The notes under the pieces are model-generated. The model searched no databases and had not been told where the DNA came from. It worked only from the letters and a program-made list of their open reading frames with translations. The position numbers were made by a program, and so were the translations under genes. A stretch of 63,727 nucleotides of DNA, the filler included, from Octopus bimaculoides (lineage: Eukaryota), in NCBI RefSeq assembly GCF_001194135.2. It is 9 parts of 9 records of this genome, joined end to end, with 100 filler letters (N's around TTAATTAATTAA, not from the genome) between each part and the next. Parts side by side here need not be neighbours in the genome. Positions count along the whole stretch, not along the records: positions 60,037 to 62,244 come from NW_026329571.1; positions 62,345 to 63,727 come from NC_068986.1; 7 more parts are not named here. One strand, given 5' to 3'. Shown here piece by piece: positions 61,112 through 63,727 of the stretch (positions are counted from its first letter, which is position 1; each line of letters opens with the position of its first letter).

Positions 61112-61320
61112 TACTGTCTATGTAATCTCAAATTTTAAAACAAACACAATTTTCTTATGGTTTCTTAAACATTCTCTAGAACAACACAATGTACAAATTC
61201 AAATATACGGTACCCTAGCCATAACACCTACATGAACTTCTAACTTGTTGTCTCTTGAGGTCTCTGGGTGAGACTTGGATCCAACTTGTACAAATGCAAA
61301 GCAAAAGTCAAACATAAAAT
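61112..61320 (+). mobile_element. Probable 3' UTR of another R4/Dong-like LINE, flanked by (AAT)n
   Basis: Begins CTG TCT ATG TAA (L-S-M-stop, like the ..RVLSL*/..TLSIQ* ends seen elsewhere); AAT repeats on both sides. Assignment is inference. Confidence 0.45.
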
Positions 61321-61336
61321 AATAATAATAATAATA

Positions 61337-61367
<31 letters not shown>

Positions 61368-61369
61368 TA

Positions 61370-61628
61370 GGTGTTTCATTCATCAACCTTAAACAAACCT
61401 TATTCAGGGATGTTTTGAGTGGGATGGGCTACTCAACCTGAAGAGAATTCTAACTGGGGCCCACCTGCAACGTGATGCACTGTTTATCTTGATATGAGAT
61501 CACCGTATCGTGCACATATGGTTGTGATGAATATGTCTAGTGTACCCTTATAAGTCGGATAATCATGATAGGTATATTGGGCTGCATACATTTATACCCC
61601 AGTGTCACTTTGATGGCACGTGCTGCTA
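61370..61628 (+). repeat. Repeat F4, 3' part
   Basis: CCTTATTCAGGGA..TTTTGAG..GGATGGGCTACTC..CCTGAAGA.AATTCTAA..TTTATCTTGATATGAGATCACC. Confidence 0.85.
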
Positions 61629-61811
61629 AGGGTTTCGAGTTTTGGAACCAGGCCAGCATTTTTTAAGGGCGGGAGGGAATTTGTCGATTACATTGATTCT
61701 AGTACTCGGCAATATGGGTCAAGGTATAGAAAAACACGGGATGACCACAGATGGAATATCTTTCGTTATACATTTTTCTCAATCAAGATTGGCTAAACAA
61801 TTAGTATTAGC

Positions 61812-62095
61812 ATGAGGGCGCTTGGCTTAGTGGTTAGGGTGTTGCACTCACGATCGCGAGATCATGGTTTCAATTCTCGGACCGGGTGGTGAGTTGTGTT
61901 CATAAGCAAAACACTTCATCTTACGTTGCTTTGCGATCACTTCAACACCTGACGCATGGTACACCGCATCACCTGTTCAGGTAACATCGATTTGATGGAG
62001 AGAGATTGCGCTAATACGCGGCACAAACATTTGATCACTATAAACAAATTATTTGTGCAGGTCGTTCGGCAAAAACTGAACCCTTGTTCAACGGA
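61812..62095 (+). mobile_element. tRNA-headed SINE, further family
   Basis: GGCGCTTGGCTTAGTGGTTAGGG...GGTTTCAATTC.. head, then AGCAAAACACTTCATCTTACGTTGCT (shared with the 23777 element) and a distinct tail. Confidence 0.65.
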
Positions 62096-62367
62096 ACAAT
62101 TTATCATCATCATCGTTATTTTTTTTTTAATTACTATTATCACTATTGTCCCCCGCATCCTTCGCCCTTGTAGCAAATAAATGAAAACATTATCATTATC
62201 ATTATTATTAGTATTATCATTATTATTATTATTATTATTATTATNNNNNNNNNNNNNNNNNNNNNNNNNNNNNNNNNNNNNNNNNNNNTTAATTAATTAA
62301 NNNNNNNNNNNNNNNNNNNNNNNNNNNNNNNNNNNNNNNNNNNNTATATATATGTTTACATACATGG

Positions 62368-62739
62368 CATTTTGACCGGGGCCATGCTGGAGCATTGCCT
62401 TTTAGTCGAAGAAATCGACATCTGGACTTATTCTTTGTAAGCCTTGTCCTTATTCTACCAGTTCTCTTTTGCCGAACCGCTAAGTTACGGGGATGTAGAC
62501 ACACCAACATCCATTTTCAAGTGACGGTGGGGTGGGAGACAGACACAAACACACACACACACAGATGCACATATACACATACGATGGGCTTCTTTCAGCT
62601 TCCGTCTACAAAATCTACTCACAAGGCTTTGGTCAGCCTGAGTCTGTAGTAGAAGACACTTGCGTAAGGTGACATGCAGTGGGACTGAACCCAGAACCAT
62701 GTGGCTATGAAGCAAACTCCTCACCACACAGCCACGCCT
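62368..62739 (-). mobile_element. SINE F1, near full length
   Basis: Head, CORE-like part, (CA)n insert and 3' part all collinear with 26644-27072. Confidence 0.9.
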
Positions 62740-62899
62740 ATATATATATATATATATATNNNNNNNNNNNNNNNNNNNNNNNNNNNNNNNNNNNNNNNNN
62801 NNNNNNNNNNNNNNNNNNNNNNNNNNNNNNNNNNNNNNNNNNNNNNNNNNNNNNNNNNNTATTATTATTATTATTATTATTATTGTTGTTGTTGTTGTT

Positions 62900-63275
62900 G
62901 TTTTGATTCTCGCTGTTCATTTTGCGGTAATTCTTTACTTGAAAGTAGGCAATAACAAATCACCAAAGGTTTCAAGTAGTGCCTTCTGCTGAGACTCAAA
63001 GAGACAATACTCTCCTTAGAATGCGAGTTGTACCCAACAATGCTGTTTTCTGGATCACCTCCAGCCTGACAGCAGCTCCAATATTCTTAATATGTCTTTC
63101 AAATCCCTTGGAAACTGCTTTTAATGCTCCAATTACTACCGGTATCACCATTACTTTCCTCATGCCCCATTACTTTCCTATCTCATCCCACAGTGGCTGC
63201 TATTTCTCAATCTTTTCTGTTTCCTTACTTTTCACCCTTGAATCACTTGGTATTGCAACATCTATTATCTTTATT
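62900..63275 (-). mobile_element. 5'-truncated R4/Dong-like RLE LINE end between TAA/CAA repeats
   Basis: KIIDVAIPSDSRVKSKETEKIEK*QPLWDEIGK*WGMRKVMVIPVVIGAL...IQKTALLGTTRILRRVLSL*. Confidence 0.85.
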
Positions 63276-63304
63276 ATTATTATCATTATTGTTGTTGTTG
63301 TTGT

Positions 63305-63727
63305 TGTTAGCGCATGCCATCAAAGTGACACTGGGGTAAATTATACGAAGCCCAGCATACCCATCATGATTACCCGTCTGATAAGGGTACACCAGGCACA
63401 TGCATCACAACCGAATGTGCATGACATGGTGATCTCATATCAAGATAAACAGCACATGACCTCACAGGTGGGGCCCTGTTAGAATTTTCTTCAGGTCGAG
63501 TAGCCCATCCCGCTCAAAAGGTCCCTGAATAAGGTTTGTTTAAGGATGTTGAGCAAAACACCCATGTTTCCAAAGGTGAATTATTCAAACCCCAAAGAAT
63601 TCCTCTCGACACATGACTATGAGGCTCCCCCACTACTTCTGCTCATGATCAGAGATGCACATATCGTCAGCCACTAAAGGACATACTCAACTGGTTAAGG
63701 TCAATCAACCGACAAGCAAATCTGTGG
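63305..63727 (-). repeat. Repeat F4 running to the window edge
   Basis: Reverse complement of 60037-60450. Confidence 0.85.

Overview
Eukaryotic (metazoan) genomic DNA, AT-rich and saturated with microsatellites. It has about 5 kb of N gaps, eight of which hold an artificial TTAATTAATTAA linker, so contiguity across those eight is not guaranteed. The repeat landscape looks like a coleoid cephalopod, probably Octopus; this is my inference from recalled repeat families, not a search result. I found one credible protein-coding gene: a single-coding-exon, 236-aa orphan type I membrane glycoprotein (17155-17865, minus strand) with a signal peptide, S/T-rich ectodomain, TM helix and short tail. The rest is transposon debris. 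There are three abundant SINE families, labelled here F1 (CORE-like with an internal microsatellite), F2 (tRNA-Arg-like head) and F3 (tandem clusters, ATT tails). There are also mariner/Tc1/pogo remnants and MITEs, RTE LINE remnants, and R4/Dong-type RLE LINE ends sitting in (TAA)n or (ACAT)n microsatellites. The main unexpected signal is six type I hammerhead-ribozyme motifs (CUGANGA...GAAA...NUH) of the kind known from Penelope-like elements, from several different repeat families. One lies downstream of a tRNA-derived Pol III head, forming a SINE-like ribozyme element. A relative of it is an inverted hairpin insertion with a 13-bp target-site duplication. Another has an 11/12-bp stem I. All alignments and folds were done by eye. 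No prokaryotic features, CRISPR arrays, rRNA or intact tRNA genes were seen.
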